64,000 bases of DNA from Candidatus Woesearchaeota archaeon (GTDB lineage: Archaea > Nanobdellota > Nanobdellia > Woesearchaeales > SM23-78): the NCBI GenBank assembly GCA_016932315.1, contig JAFGDD010000018.1, positions 115,969 to 179,968 of the forward strand, read 5' to 3'. How positions within the stretch are numbered: the first letter of the stretch is position 1; each line of letters opens with the position of its first letter. Shown here piece after piece: positions 35,160-44,262 of the stretch. The notes under the pieces were generated by a model. It saw only the letters and a program-made list of their open reading frames with translations. It was not told the origin of the DNA and made no database searches. The position numbers and the translations under genes were made by a program.

Positions 35160-38100
35160 TTATGCGCTGCTGAGGGCTTCTAGCAACTTGTTCCTGTCGT
35201 GTATCCTGCTGATCTTATCAGCCAGTTCTTTGTTGTGCAGGCCATCCCTCACCCAATCTGCGAACTTGTTATAATCATCACTGACATAATGCTTGAATGA
35301 TGCATCATCCATGTTCTTGACTTTGTCCTGCAGCTCATTCAATGTCTTGATTTCCTCTCCGGTTTCCAGCTTAAAACTGTAGCTTATCTCTGCTTCTTGC
35401 ACGCCAGAATCAGCGGCTGGCACGGGCTTCGCGCCTTTGACTTTTTCTTCAAGCCCCGGCTTTGCAGATTTTTTTTCACCATTCTCAGGTTTTCTTGGCG
35501 AGACAGCTTGAGGCAGCCGATTGCTTTTTCTTAATTCTATGCATTTTATTACATCTTCCCTTTTCGACATAGCCCCAAGTTGTTCTGCAAGCAGAGCATC
35601 CCCAATGATGTTTCTTGTCCAGTCTGCAAAGTCATTCTTTTGCCCGTTAACATGTTTTGCGAAATCACCATCACTCATGTTTACAAGCTCATCATGTAAG
35701 CTGTCAAGGTTCATCACAAGAATCCCATTAACGAGCACGAGCATATCTTCAGGCTCTGCATTCTTCTCAAAGAATTTGGCGGGTGGTGTATCGCTGCTCT
35801 GCGCCTCTTTTTGCTGTCCTGCTTGCTTAGCTTTTTCTGTTTGCTCTTTTGGCTGAGGTTCGACTTCTGCTTTCTTCTTTATTTCGCTAGGCTCCCCTGA
35901 TAGTTCTGAGAATGCTTTGATTTCTTTCAGCTTTTTTATTTTATCCGGCTCAAGCTTCGGGAGGGGCTTTTGATTCTTTCGTAAGTCAATCAGGGACAAA
36001 ATGTCTTTTTTCTCAACTGCTAATGACATATGGTCTGCTAGCTCTGCGTCCCCGACAGCTTCCCTCACCCAGTTAGCGAAATCATTCTTATTTTCTGTGA
36101 CGTGCTTTGCATAATCATCATCCTTCATGGCAGATATTTCGTCGTAAAGGCTTGCCATATTTATCACCAGCATGCCGTTTACCAATTTGAGTATCTTGTC
36201 AGGCTCGACGTCCTTCTTGAAGAAGTTGATGGCTCCTTTATCCTTCTTCTCTTCCCCTTCTCCGCTTGCGGAAGCCTCCTTCTTCATCATTGCTTCGTAG
36301 TCTGATCTTGCTTTTTTGGCTCTTGTGATTGCCTCTTGTAATTCTGTTTCTGAAACAAGTTTTTTCTCGAGCTTCTCTGGTTTTTTGCCGAGCTTGTCCC
36401 AATGCTTTTGTATTCTTGGCGTCAAGCCATCAAGGTATATCTGCACCATGTTGAAGTTGCCTGTCTTTACCTTGTCAGTGGCCAGCTTAAGCTCCAGTTT
36501 TAGGTCGAATACGTCAATGCCTTCTTTTTCAAGCTGCTCGAGCTCGAATTGAAGCTGGTCAATTTTGTCATTATATTCATTGTACTTCTCGATTTCCTCG
36601 TCGGTAAGCCTCTGTACGCTGTGAAGCAAAGGCCTGAAAGCGACGAAATAGGGCTTACCAATATTATAGTGTGGGTTTTCCACCATGCCGCTTCCTACTG
36701 TTGCCTTGACCAGTGACCTGAGCACGTCTTCCCCGTATTTGACCTTGATTCTCTCGAGGTCGCCTTCATCCCTGGTTCTCATCTGGATTTCTGTGTTAAT
36801 GTTAGCCTTGATGGTTCCTACGAAGTCGCTAAGTACCTGTGAAATTAGCAGTATGCCGAGGCCCCACTTTCTGAACTCTCTGCATCCTCTCTCTATCTGA
36901 AGGAATCCTTCTCCGCTTCCTCCGAATTTCGGGAGCAGCCTGTGAACCTCATCATAAACGAACAATACCTTGAGGGTCCTACTTTCCTGGAAGTTGGCCC
37001 TGAAAATTTCACGGATGCTGTTGGCGACGAACATATCCATTTCCCTTGGCTCAAGCTTGTGGCAGGCAAATACCTGTATCTCACCCGGCTTTATGTATTT
37101 CCTAATTTCAATTATTTCCCTTGGGTTGGTTATCTGCCTGATGTTGCCGCTGAAAGCCTTGGCATCTGTCGGCTTCATTCCGAATAATGGATAAAGCGCA
37201 AGCATGGTTTTGTCTGTGCATTTCCTGAGCATTCCGGTCCATTGCGCTGTCGGGTCAAACACAACAACTGCGATTCCTTTCATCAGCATCTCTTCGACTA
37301 TTACCTGCGCTGAGACTGATTTTCCGCTGCCTGTGCTGCCTGCGTCGATGCAGTGCGTCATGAAGGCTTCAAGGCTGAAATATGTTTTGTGGTCTGTCTC
37401 TGCAATCCTTCCGACAGGTATGCTTCTCGGGCCTGGCTTTGGCAGCTCATTAAGGTCGACTTTCAGGTGGAACTTCTTCTTTGACTCAATATTTCTCTTT
37501 ATCTGCCAGTATGCCACGAGACCCAGCGCCACCAGAAGCAGGAACAACAACAGATGCCACATTTTGATTGGCCCTATAATGGTTACCAAGTACCAAGGCG
37601 TGCTTATCCTGAAAATCGTGCTGGTTCCTGCGCTCAACCCGAGATAGTTGGCAGTTACCCTTAGTATGTAGTCGCCGGGCTTGGCCTTGGCTGTAATCAA
37701 GGCATTCTTCAGCAGGGAGAATGATGTTCTTAGGAATACATTGGTTTCATAAGACCATATTGTTTCTTTCCCTTCGATGTCCTGGATGGTGTATAATAAT
37801 TGTACAGGGTACTGGAGGTCTGTAAGCAGGTTTCTCAGGTCGGTCTTGAACTTGAGGCTGCTGCCAGGATAAACCACGTTCTTGTTGAGCTCTAAGTCAA
37901 TCAACAAGGCTTGTACTGGCAGCATTTCTTTTGGCAGGATTTCTATGATTATGGGGATGCTTACATTTATGTCCCCTGACATGACAAGGCTGCCATTGTA
38001 AATGCCCGGGTCTCCGACGCCAAATATGGTGAGGGTGACTGAATCATCAGAGCGAGATAACAGGATCATTGATTCCTTATCCATTTTTATCAGTGAGCTC

Positions 38101-39362
38101 ACATTGCCTTCAATTGTGAAGTAGATGTTGGCTGCTTTTTCCTTGAAGCTGTAAAGAGTGACTTTCTCCTGGAGGAAATTCCCTAGTCTGAGTTTTCTGT
38201 TAATCTCAGAGATGGACACGATGTAGTCTGTTCCTTCTATTTTCTTAGGCCTTTGGACTACAGGCGGCATGTCATACTCTCCTGATTTTGTTTTTGTACC
38301 TTCGGCATCAACTCCTGTTGTGGTAGTTGTTCCAGGAGCGTCTTCTCCGGGGCCTATACCTGTGAGTGGCGGGTAAGGAGGCTGTTTGGCAACCATGACA
38401 ATATTATGCGCTGTGCCATTTTCACGTACCACCGTTACGTTGCTTCTATAGATTTCATAGCCTGTCTTCATGGCATAAACTGTCCAGTTGCCTTCGCGGA
38501 CTGTTACATTGTAGAAGCCTGTTGTGTTGTCGCTGTAAGTTGCTTCTCCGCCAATCTCAACAATTACGCCGCCAAGAGGGTTTCCGGAAGTATCTGTGAC
38601 ATTCCCATAAACATAGCCTTCCCATGGAGCTGTTCCCTGTCCTTCAGGGCATGTGTCTGTTGGATCTGACCATAAGTAATAATCCTGCCATTCTGTGTTA
38701 TGAATAGGTAGGAGCATTTGGTAATTGAACCTTTCTCCTGTGAAACCATCAATTGGAGATTCAAGCACTTTTGTGACAATGACCAAATTATCATTGCTGT
38801 CTTTTAGTATTCCTGTAACAAATGAAGTAGAGTTCTGGCTGTTCCAGGCATAAGTATGCATGGCAGGTGCAATCACATCTCTGCCTCCAACATCAAAGGT
38901 TTCTGTTGATGTGAATGTGTTAGTTGCAGAGAAGAATTCTCCAGTGCTTATGTTAAGATAATCATCTATTTCTGCTGCTGTAGCTGCTACAAGCGAGTCG
39001 AAGATGATTTCATCTTCAGGCACCATGCTGGCATATATCTCGTGCTCTGCGTCCTGCGCAAAGCAGGTGAATAATAAGTGCTTTTCATTATCATCTTCTG
39101 TTAATGTTACATTGCCTGTGAAATTATAATACCATTCCTGAGTCCACCCAACGCCCCAAGCAGTTCCATAAACACCAGACCAGTGGCTGACGTCGAATGC
39201 AAGCTCAAGCTCAATTTCAGTGATTGTGCCGCCATCAGTCTGGAGGTAGGATGCATAGCCTATGAATTGCGATACTATGATTAACCCTTTGATGGCTAGC
39301 ACTACAAGTATGATTATTAGAATTCCGAATGCAATTTCCTTATTCCTAGTCTTCACAACCAT
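35160..39362 (-). CDS. Membrane-anchored HerA/FtsK-superfamily P-loop ATPase with a ~570-aa ectodomain and three C-terminal KNDFA-x-W modules
   Basis: 1400 aa. TM1 is ILIIILVVLAIKGLIIV. The ectodomain includes a CarboxypepD_reg-like segment (GNVTDTSGNPLGGVIVEI..GFYNVTVREGNWTVYAMKTGYE). TM2 is WHLLLFLLLVALGLVAYW. Walker A GSTGSGKS lies at ~37316-37342 and Walker B VLFVYDEVHRL at ~36942-36972. A HerA-like LLISQVLSDF...NTEIQMRTRD segment follows. Confidence 0.75.
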   Translation of the reverse strand: MVVKTRNKEIAFGILIIILVVLAIKGLIIVSQFIGYASYLQTDGGTITEIELELAFDVSHWSGVYGTAWGVGWTQEWYYNFTGNVTLTEDDNEKHLLFTCFAQDAEHEIYASMVPEDEIIFDSLVAATAAEIDDYLNISTGEFFSATNTFTSTETFDVGGRDVIAPAMHTYAWNSQNSTSFVTGILKDSNDNLVIVTKVLESPIDGFTGERFNYQMLLPIHNTEWQDYYLWSDPTDTCPEGQGTAPWEGYVYGNVTDTSGNPLGGVIVEIGGEATYSDNTTGFYNVTVREGNWTVYAMKTGYEIYRSNVTVVRENGTAHNIVMVAKQPPYPPLTGIGPGEDAPGTTTTTGVDAEGTKTKSGEYDMPPVVQRPKKIEGTDYIVSISEINRKLRLGNFLQEKVTLYSFKEKAANIYFTIEGNVSSLIKMDKESMILLSRSDDSVTLTIFGVGDPGIYNGSLVMSGDINVSIPIIIEILPKEMLPVQALLIDLELNKNVVYPGSSLKFKTDLRNLLTDLQYPVQLLYTIQDIEGKETIWSYETNVFLRTSFSLLKNALITAKAKPGDYILRVTANYLGLSAGTSTIFRISTPWYLVTIIGPIKMWHLLLFLLLVALGLVAYWQIKRNIESKKKFHLKVDLNELPKPGPRSIPVGRIAETDHKTYFSLEAFMTHCIDAGSTGSGKSVSAQVIVEEMLMKGIAVVVFDPTAQWTGMLRKCTDKTMLALYPLFGMKPTDAKAFSGNIRQITNPREIIEIRKYIKPGEIQVFACHKLEPREMDMFVANSIREIFRANFQESRTLKVLFVYDEVHRLLPKFGGSGEGFLQIERGCREFRKWGLGILLISQVLSDFVGTIKANINTEIQMRTRDEGDLERIKVKYGEDVLRSLVKATVGSGMVENPHYNIGKPYFVAFRPLLHSVQRLTDEEIEKYNEYNDKIDQLQFELEQLEKEGIDVFDLKLELKLATDKVKTGNFNMVQIYLDGLTPRIQKHWDKLGKKPEKLEKKLVSETELQEAITRAKKARSDYEAMMKKEASASGEGEEKKDKGAINFFKKDVEPDKILKLVNGMLVINMASLYDEISAMKDDDYAKHVTENKNDFANWVREAVGDAELADHMSLAVEKKDILSLIDLRKNQKPLPKLEPDKIKKLKEIKAFSELSGEPSEIKKKAEVEPQPKEQTEKAKQAGQQKEAQSSDTPPAKFFEKNAEPEDMLVLVNGILVMNLDSLHDELVNMSDGDFAKHVNGQKNDFADWTRNIIGDALLAEQLGAMSKREDVIKCIELRKSNRLPQAVSPRKPENGEKKSAKPGLEEKVKGAKPVPAADSGVQEAEISYSFKLETGEEIKTLNELQDKVKNMDDASFKHYVSDDYNKFADWVRDGLHNKELADKISRIHDRNKLLEALSSA

Positions 39363-39380
39363 TTTGTTTTTTTAGTATGT

Positions 39381-39494
39381 AAAAAAATTGCCGCCACCTG
39401 CCACAGCACCGCAAAAATTTTTATTAAAAATTTTAAGGTGCTTGGTGGCTTGCTCGGGGGTTGCCCCGCCCGGGGTGAGCAAGGCGATTTTTTT
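39381..39494 (-). repeat. Structured palindromic repeat, copy 6
   Basis: On the minus strand: aaaaaaa-TCGCC-TTGCTCA-CCCCGGGCGGGGCAACCCCC-GAGCAA-GCCACCAAGCACC-(AT loop)-GCGGTGCTGTGGCAGGTGGC-GGCAA-ttttttt. It lies 19 nt upstream of the ATPase start. Confidence 0.85.
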
Positions 39495-39552
39495 GCTCGT
39501 TAGTTTTGTTTTTCTCCTTTCTTTTTTCACCTTTTCATCCATATCTTTTCAT

Positions 39553-42500
39553 TTATATCAAATTCTTTGTGTTATCAATCATGATTTGTATCTTGTTGCC
39601 GATTTCAACGAGTGCCGGGTGGAGCAGTTCTTTTTCTGCATCGCTGAACTGGTTGTATGTCTGCTCAATGCTCTTGTACTCTTCCAATGCAGGCATTAGT
39701 TGGGCATAGCTGATTAACTGCTGTATGTGATTTATCCTGCTTGTTAGTTCGTTTATTATGCTCTGGCTTTGAACAGATTGGTAATAATCGCTTATCTTGC
39801 TGGCTGCCTCTGCTACTTTCTCGTAAACATCATTCTTTGCCATGTTTGGAAGTTCAGCATATGCGCCTTTGGCTTCTGAATATAGTTCACATGCCTTGTT
39901 CAGGTCGCCGACTGAAAGGTTTTCATGGATTTCACTAAGCACAACATTGATGTAATGCAGGCTCTTTCTTCCCTGCAGCCTGTAATAAGCGTGCTTGGCG
40001 TGTGTGACTCCGTCATATCTCATGCCTGCGAATACCATGCTTCCTAATAATATGATGATGACTGGCAGGAATATTATTCCCTTGATCTTCGGTAGCTTCA
40101 GGTTCTTCACTGAGAAGCCGGTTATCTTGCTGTTTTCTTTTATGGTGTTTGGCTCTATAAATACAGCAGTCCTTATGTTCTTAAGCAACTCTGAATCTAT
40201 GTTTGTGTTGAAATAATAACTTATCTGGGTAATGCTTGAACTATCTCCTTTTAGGTCGAATTTTATTATTGGATCTTGTTTTATTACTTCGAACTTCTGC
40301 TGGCTCATAATTTCCTCTGCACTTCCTGCAACGTCTTTTGGTATGAGCTCGATTATGAATGCATCACTGGTAATATTGTATGCTTTTATCTCGCGGATGA
40401 TAATGCTGGAGTCGCTCTGGGTGCCGTCCCTGTACATAACCCTAGCAGTCTTCACCTTGGTAGAAATCACTATCTCTTGTTGTAGCTCATCAAGGTAGGT
40501 GAGCGCATCCTTAAGATTAACCTCTTCTTTTTGCCCTTTTATCTCCAAATATTGCTCGAGCAGTGATTGAAGCTCTTCTTTCTTTATATAATCAACAAAT
40601 GCGTCGCTTCCAAGGAGTTGGATGCTTACAGGAGTTTTCTGGTATGTTTGATCTGCTGCTGCAACATATTTTTCTCCTTCTTCTTGCTTGTCAGAGTCTG
40701 TCAGGTCGCTTCTGAATCTTAGTGAGTCAATGTCCCTAATGGTATTTTTGAAGGTTTGGATGCCTTCATCCACCATGGCTTGGATGCCAAGGGCGTCTGC
40801 TGCTTCTTTTTCTTCTTTTGGCAGGTTGCTGAAGCTTTCATATACCTGCTCAAACTCTTTTATCCAGTCATTATAAACTTTGTAATCACTGTTTGTCTCC
40901 TCAGCTGTTGTGGCTAATTGGAGGGGCGCCCCAACATTGAACTTCCAAGTGCTGCTCATAGCACTGTTGCCTTCCTTGTCTATGCATTCGACTTTCCACC
41001 AGTAGCTCTTGTTTTCTAGCTGTATCACTCCGAAGCGCTGCTCTGAGGAGCTGCTTAGTTCGTCGCTTCCAAGGTAGATGAAGAACCCGTCGTTGTTTTC
41101 ATTAATATATATGCTGCAGTTCACATTCTTGTCATATTCGACTTTGTAAACCAGTTCTTCTTCAGGCCCTATGACTGGCGAATTATTCTCTGGCAATAAT
41201 AATGTGATTATGGGCTTGGAAGCTGTTATTGGATTGAGCAGTATGGTTATTGTTTCATCACTAGTTATGTTAAGTTCACTGTTGTATACAGAATAGTTTT
41301 CTCTCAAAACCAGGATGTCCCTTCTTCCTTCTTCAAGATAATAGTTGACTTCTCCATTTGCGTCTGTAGTTTCCTGGTCTTCCTCTACTTCTACTGTGGC
41401 TCCTGCAATTGGCGAATTGGTTTTTGAATCTTTCACACGAATCGTGATGTAAGCTGTATTCTCAACATATACTGTTACGCTCTTATTCATGGTGTTGTTA
41501 TATGCATCCTCGACAAATACGGTGTTGGTATAGTTGCCACTTGCGGAGTAGGTAATATTTACTTTGCTTGCATTGGTTCTTGTGCCGTTACTTAATTGCC
41601 AAGTGTAATTCAGGTCACCAACTCCGCCAGTAGCCGTTGCTTTGAGCTGAACAGGAACATTTCTTCTTTGGTTAATATTGGTTGCAATGTCGATGTTGAT
41701 GTTGTTATTCACTTTGTAGCCTATTTCCTGAGTTTGGGTGATGCCTGAATAGTTGAAGAACGCCTCTAAAATGTATTTTCCTGCGTAATTGGTGTATGGC
41801 ACTAGTTCTATGAGCGGGAATTCAGTTATGTTTTGCGCATTTATTGGTACTTTGCACTCCACAAACCCTGTCTGGTTGGGGCATACTTCCACTCTGACGC
41901 TCGTGCCAGCTGGCGCGCTTATGCTCATCTGCCCTGATTGCCCTGTTGCGTATTCAGCGCTGTCTAGGAATACCCTAAAGTCAGGCAATGGCGGCTCTGA
42001 TAAGACCGTGAAGCTTCTGGTTTCACTCTCCTTGATATTGTTGGCGTAATCAACGCAGGCTACTTTCCAGGTGTAGTTGCCATCGCTTAATTGGTCGATT
42101 GTAACTGTGAGAGGCTGACTGTTTGTTGCTAATACGAATTGATTGACTTCACTGTTGGTTATGACTGAGCAGTTCATGATTTCTGCTAGGTTGTCCAATG
42201 CTACAAAGCTTAGCTCTACGCTGCTGGTTTCAAACACTATGTTGTTCTGCGGATTGAATAGGACAATTGTCGGCTCCACCCTGTCGTATGTTATGGTCCT
42301 TTCTTCACTGGATTCAGAACCGTTGGCAGAGTCGCATGTTATGCTCCATGTGTGCTCTCCTGGCTCAATGCCGCCCAATACAAACTCGTTGAATCCAGGA
42401 TTGGTGGCGTTGGTTATTGTGTCATTTGTCAGCGCGGTGTCGGAGTCCATTATCAGTTTGCATTCTGTCAATTCTTCTATGCTGATGTAATACTCGAATG

Positions 42501-42648
42501 TATTTTCTTCCTGGTTGGTGCAAGCATTGTTTTCAGGATTTACAAGGCTAACAGCTGCCGAGGCGCAGTGTATGCTGATGAGCAGTATGAGTGCTATAAG
42601 CATCACGAAGAACTTACTCATTTCAATCTTGTTGTTGTCCTTACTCAT
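39553..42648 (-). CDS. Type-I membrane surface protein (Ig-like, PKD-like and CarboxypepD_reg-like domains; C-terminal TM; ~165-aa helical cytoplasmic tail)
   Basis: 1031 aa. Signal peptide FFVMLIALILLISIHCASA. A PKD-like segment is NYTWQLSNGTRTNASKVNITYSASGNYTNTVFVEDAYNN. Another segment reads IRVKDSKTNSPIAGATVEVEED..DANGEV. TM segment: IIFLPVIIILLGSMVFAGM. Confidence 0.75.
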   Translation of the reverse strand: MSKDNNKIEMSKFFVMLIALILLISIHCASAAVSLVNPENNACTNQEENTFEYYISIEELTECKLIMDSDTALTNDTITNATNPGFNEFVLGGIEPGEHTWSITCDSANGSESSEERTITYDRVEPTIVLFNPQNNIVFETSSVELSFVALDNLAEIMNCSVITNSEVNQFVLATNSQPLTVTIDQLSDGNYTWKVACVDYANNIKESETRSFTVLSEPPLPDFRVFLDSAEYATGQSGQMSISAPAGTSVRVEVCPNQTGFVECKVPINAQNITEFPLIELVPYTNYAGKYILEAFFNYSGITQTQEIGYKVNNNINIDIATNINQRRNVPVQLKATATGGVGDLNYTWQLSNGTRTNASKVNITYSASGNYTNTVFVEDAYNNTMNKSVTVYVENTAYITIRVKDSKTNSPIAGATVEVEEDQETTDANGEVNYYLEEGRRDILVLRENYSVYNSELNITSDETITILLNPITASKPIITLLLPENNSPVIGPEEELVYKVEYDKNVNCSIYINENNDGFFIYLGSDELSSSSEQRFGVIQLENKSYWWKVECIDKEGNSAMSSTWKFNVGAPLQLATTAEETNSDYKVYNDWIKEFEQVYESFSNLPKEEKEAADALGIQAMVDEGIQTFKNTIRDIDSLRFRSDLTDSDKQEEGEKYVAAADQTYQKTPVSIQLLGSDAFVDYIKKEELQSLLEQYLEIKGQKEEVNLKDALTYLDELQQEIVISTKVKTARVMYRDGTQSDSSIIIREIKAYNITSDAFIIELIPKDVAGSAEEIMSQQKFEVIKQDPIIKFDLKGDSSSITQISYYFNTNIDSELLKNIRTAVFIEPNTIKENSKITGFSVKNLKLPKIKGIIFLPVIIILLGSMVFAGMRYDGVTHAKHAYYRLQGRKSLHYINVVLSEIHENLSVGDLNKACELYSEAKGAYAELPNMAKNDVYEKVAEAASKISDYYQSVQSQSIINELTSRINHIQQLISYAQLMPALEEYKSIEQTYNQFSDAEKELLHPALVEIGNKIQIMIDNTKNLI

Positions 42649-42913
42649 GTTCCAGCTCCTTTATCATTTCTCTAAGTCTCTTGATGAGCTCTTCCTTGAC
42701 CATGTTTTCTGTCTTGAAGTCTGCTTTTTTTTCTGGCTTCTCTTCTTTTGCAGGCGCGGTTTCGCTCAGTTTGAGCTTGTACTCCATCACCTTACTCTTG
42801 GTTATGCTCCTGACTTCTTCGCTTACATCTAAGAAATGGTTCTCCTTGGCCAGCTCCTTGAGTTTCTGAACCAGGGAGGATGGCATCCTCACACTTACTA
42901 TTGAAGCTACCAT
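42641..42913 (-). CDS. Ribbon-helix-helix (CopG/Arc-like) DNA-binding protein
   Basis: 90 aa. IVSVRMPSSLVQKLKELAKENHFLDVSEEVRSI fits a beta-alpha-alpha RHH fold. It overlaps both neighbouring genes by 7-8 nt. Confidence 0.65.
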   Translation of the reverse strand: MVASIVSVRMPSSLVQKLKELAKENHFLDVSEEVRSITKSKVMEYKLKLSETAPAKEEKPEKKADFKTENMVKEELIKRLREMIKELEHE

Positions 42914-43122
42914 CCCTCACCCCCGTGTCCAGATTTTTTGGCTTTTTCCTCAACGTGCATTTGGCTTTGCACGTATTCTCTGGCGAATTCTCGTACAGCT
43001 TCTGAGCGCGACTTGAAGAGTTTCTTTTTGACTAATGCATCTAGCTCTAGAATTAGCTCGTCAGGCAAGCGAACGTTCAATACCTCAGTCTTCTTTTGCA
43101 ATCTTAAACCCCTGTATGACAA
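42907..43122 (-). CDS. Ribbon-helix-helix (CopG-like) DNA-binding protein
   Basis: 71 aa. VLNVRLPDELILELDALVKKKLFKSRSEAVREFAREYV is a classic RHH pattern. The only in-frame start candidates are TTG codons, so the start is uncertain. Confidence 0.65.
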   Translation of the reverse strand: MSYRGLRLQKKTEVLNVRLPDELILELDALVKKKLFKSRSEAVREFAREYVQSQMHVEEKAKKSGHGGEGW

Positions 43123-43162
43123 ATGTATGTTAAATGTATGCTTTTTGTCAGTTTTCTGTGTG
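43113..43162. promoter_or_regulatory. Five TGTNNG hexamers phased at exactly 11 bp (candidate RHH operator array)
   Basis: TGTATG at 43113, 43124 and 43135, TGTCAG at 43146 and TGTGTG at 43157. Further TGTATG copies lie at 43212 and 43216; 43212 is 5x11 bp beyond the last hexamer. The array overlaps the 5' end of the first RHH gene. Confidence 0.45.
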
Positions 43163-43332
43163 CCTGAGTTCTCTACACGCCACCAACAGTATACGTAAGC
43201 GTATAGTATTCTGTATGTATGACAATAGCAAGTATATAAATATTACGATTTTTGGCAGAAAATGAGATTTAAAAGAAATTTTTACAAAAGTTTAAATAGA
43301 TTTGAAAGCTTCTCCCTCACGGGTGATAAATT

Positions 43333-43695
43333 ATGGCAAAGCTGGAATTCGAAACCTTTTCAAAAAATTTGGTTAGCTGTCTCTTAGATTATGTTAAAAA
43401 AAATCAAGACTTGCAAAGGCATGGAGTTCCTTCGTATTCTGTGCTTAAAAAATCTTGCACTACTTTTGATGGATTTGATGGCTTATCAAAGATACAGCAG
43501 CGAGATTATGAAACTTTCAGAGCCAACCTTGATGGATTGGTTAAAATTAGCTGTTTAAATGATGGAATTGCCCCTGCTAACCTGAAAAGAGCTGAACAAA
43601 CAACATACGATAAAATTGTGGATCACTGGTATCATTATGCTCTTAATAAGAATTTAGTGGTTGCTCTAAGAAAAAAACCTCTTTTTATTTGCTAA
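43333..43695 (+). CDS. Hypothetical protein
   Basis: 120-aa ORF with an ATG start and no recognisable motifs. Confidence 0.4.
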   Translation: MAKLEFETFSKNLVSCLLDYVKKNQDLQRHGVPSYSVLKKSCTTFDGFDGLSKIQQRDYETFRANLDGLVKISCLNDGIAPANLKRAEQTTYDKIVDHWYHYALNKNLVVALRKKPLFIC

Positions 43696-43748
43696 GACTT
43701 CTTTTTTTTATAGAAAACTTTTAAAACACCAACAAATTCAGTGAGATC

Positions 43749-44240
43749 ATGGCAAACGAAAAAGACAAATCCAAGGAAAAAGATATGGAAAAAGAGTATG
43801 AGGCATTGAAGAAGAAATATGCCCTTCCTGACTTAAAGGAATTGGACCGGGAGTTTTGCATTGGAAAGCTTGAGGACAAACCTTTCTTTCTTCGCATCAT
43901 AATCAATAAGATGACTGAAAGGCTTGAGAATGTTTTCAAGACATTAAGCGACATAGTCCAGCCTTCTGAGAGCAGCCTTTCTGCGATGTATGAGGCTGAA
44001 GTCTTCTCTGATGATGAGAAAAAAAGCATATTTGACTTGATGAAGAAGATGGCATATTATCACAGAGAACTAGTCATCCAGGATATGGAATATGATGATG
44101 CTTCAGCAGCTGATATGATTAACAAATTCTTTGCTGCGTGGAAGGAAATGAAGAAAGAGGTTCTTAAGATTATGGGAAAGCTAAGGGATTCATGGAAGAA
44201 CGAGATAAAATCAAAGTCAGAAACAGAATATTTTGGATGA
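43749..44240 (+). CDS. Hypothetical acidic/helical protein
   Basis: 163-aa ORF. Its end overlaps the extended adk ORF. No recognisable motifs. Confidence 0.45.
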   Translation: MANEKDKSKEKDMEKEYEALKKKYALPDLKELDREFCIGKLEDKPFFLRIIINKMTERLENVFKTLSDIVQPSESSLSAMYEAEVFSDDEKKSIFDLMKKMAYYHRELVIQDMEYDDASAADMINKFFAAWKEMKKEVLKIMGKLRDSWKNEIKSKSETEYFG

Positions 44241-44262
44241 TGAGGTTAATGCAGGTGATTTT

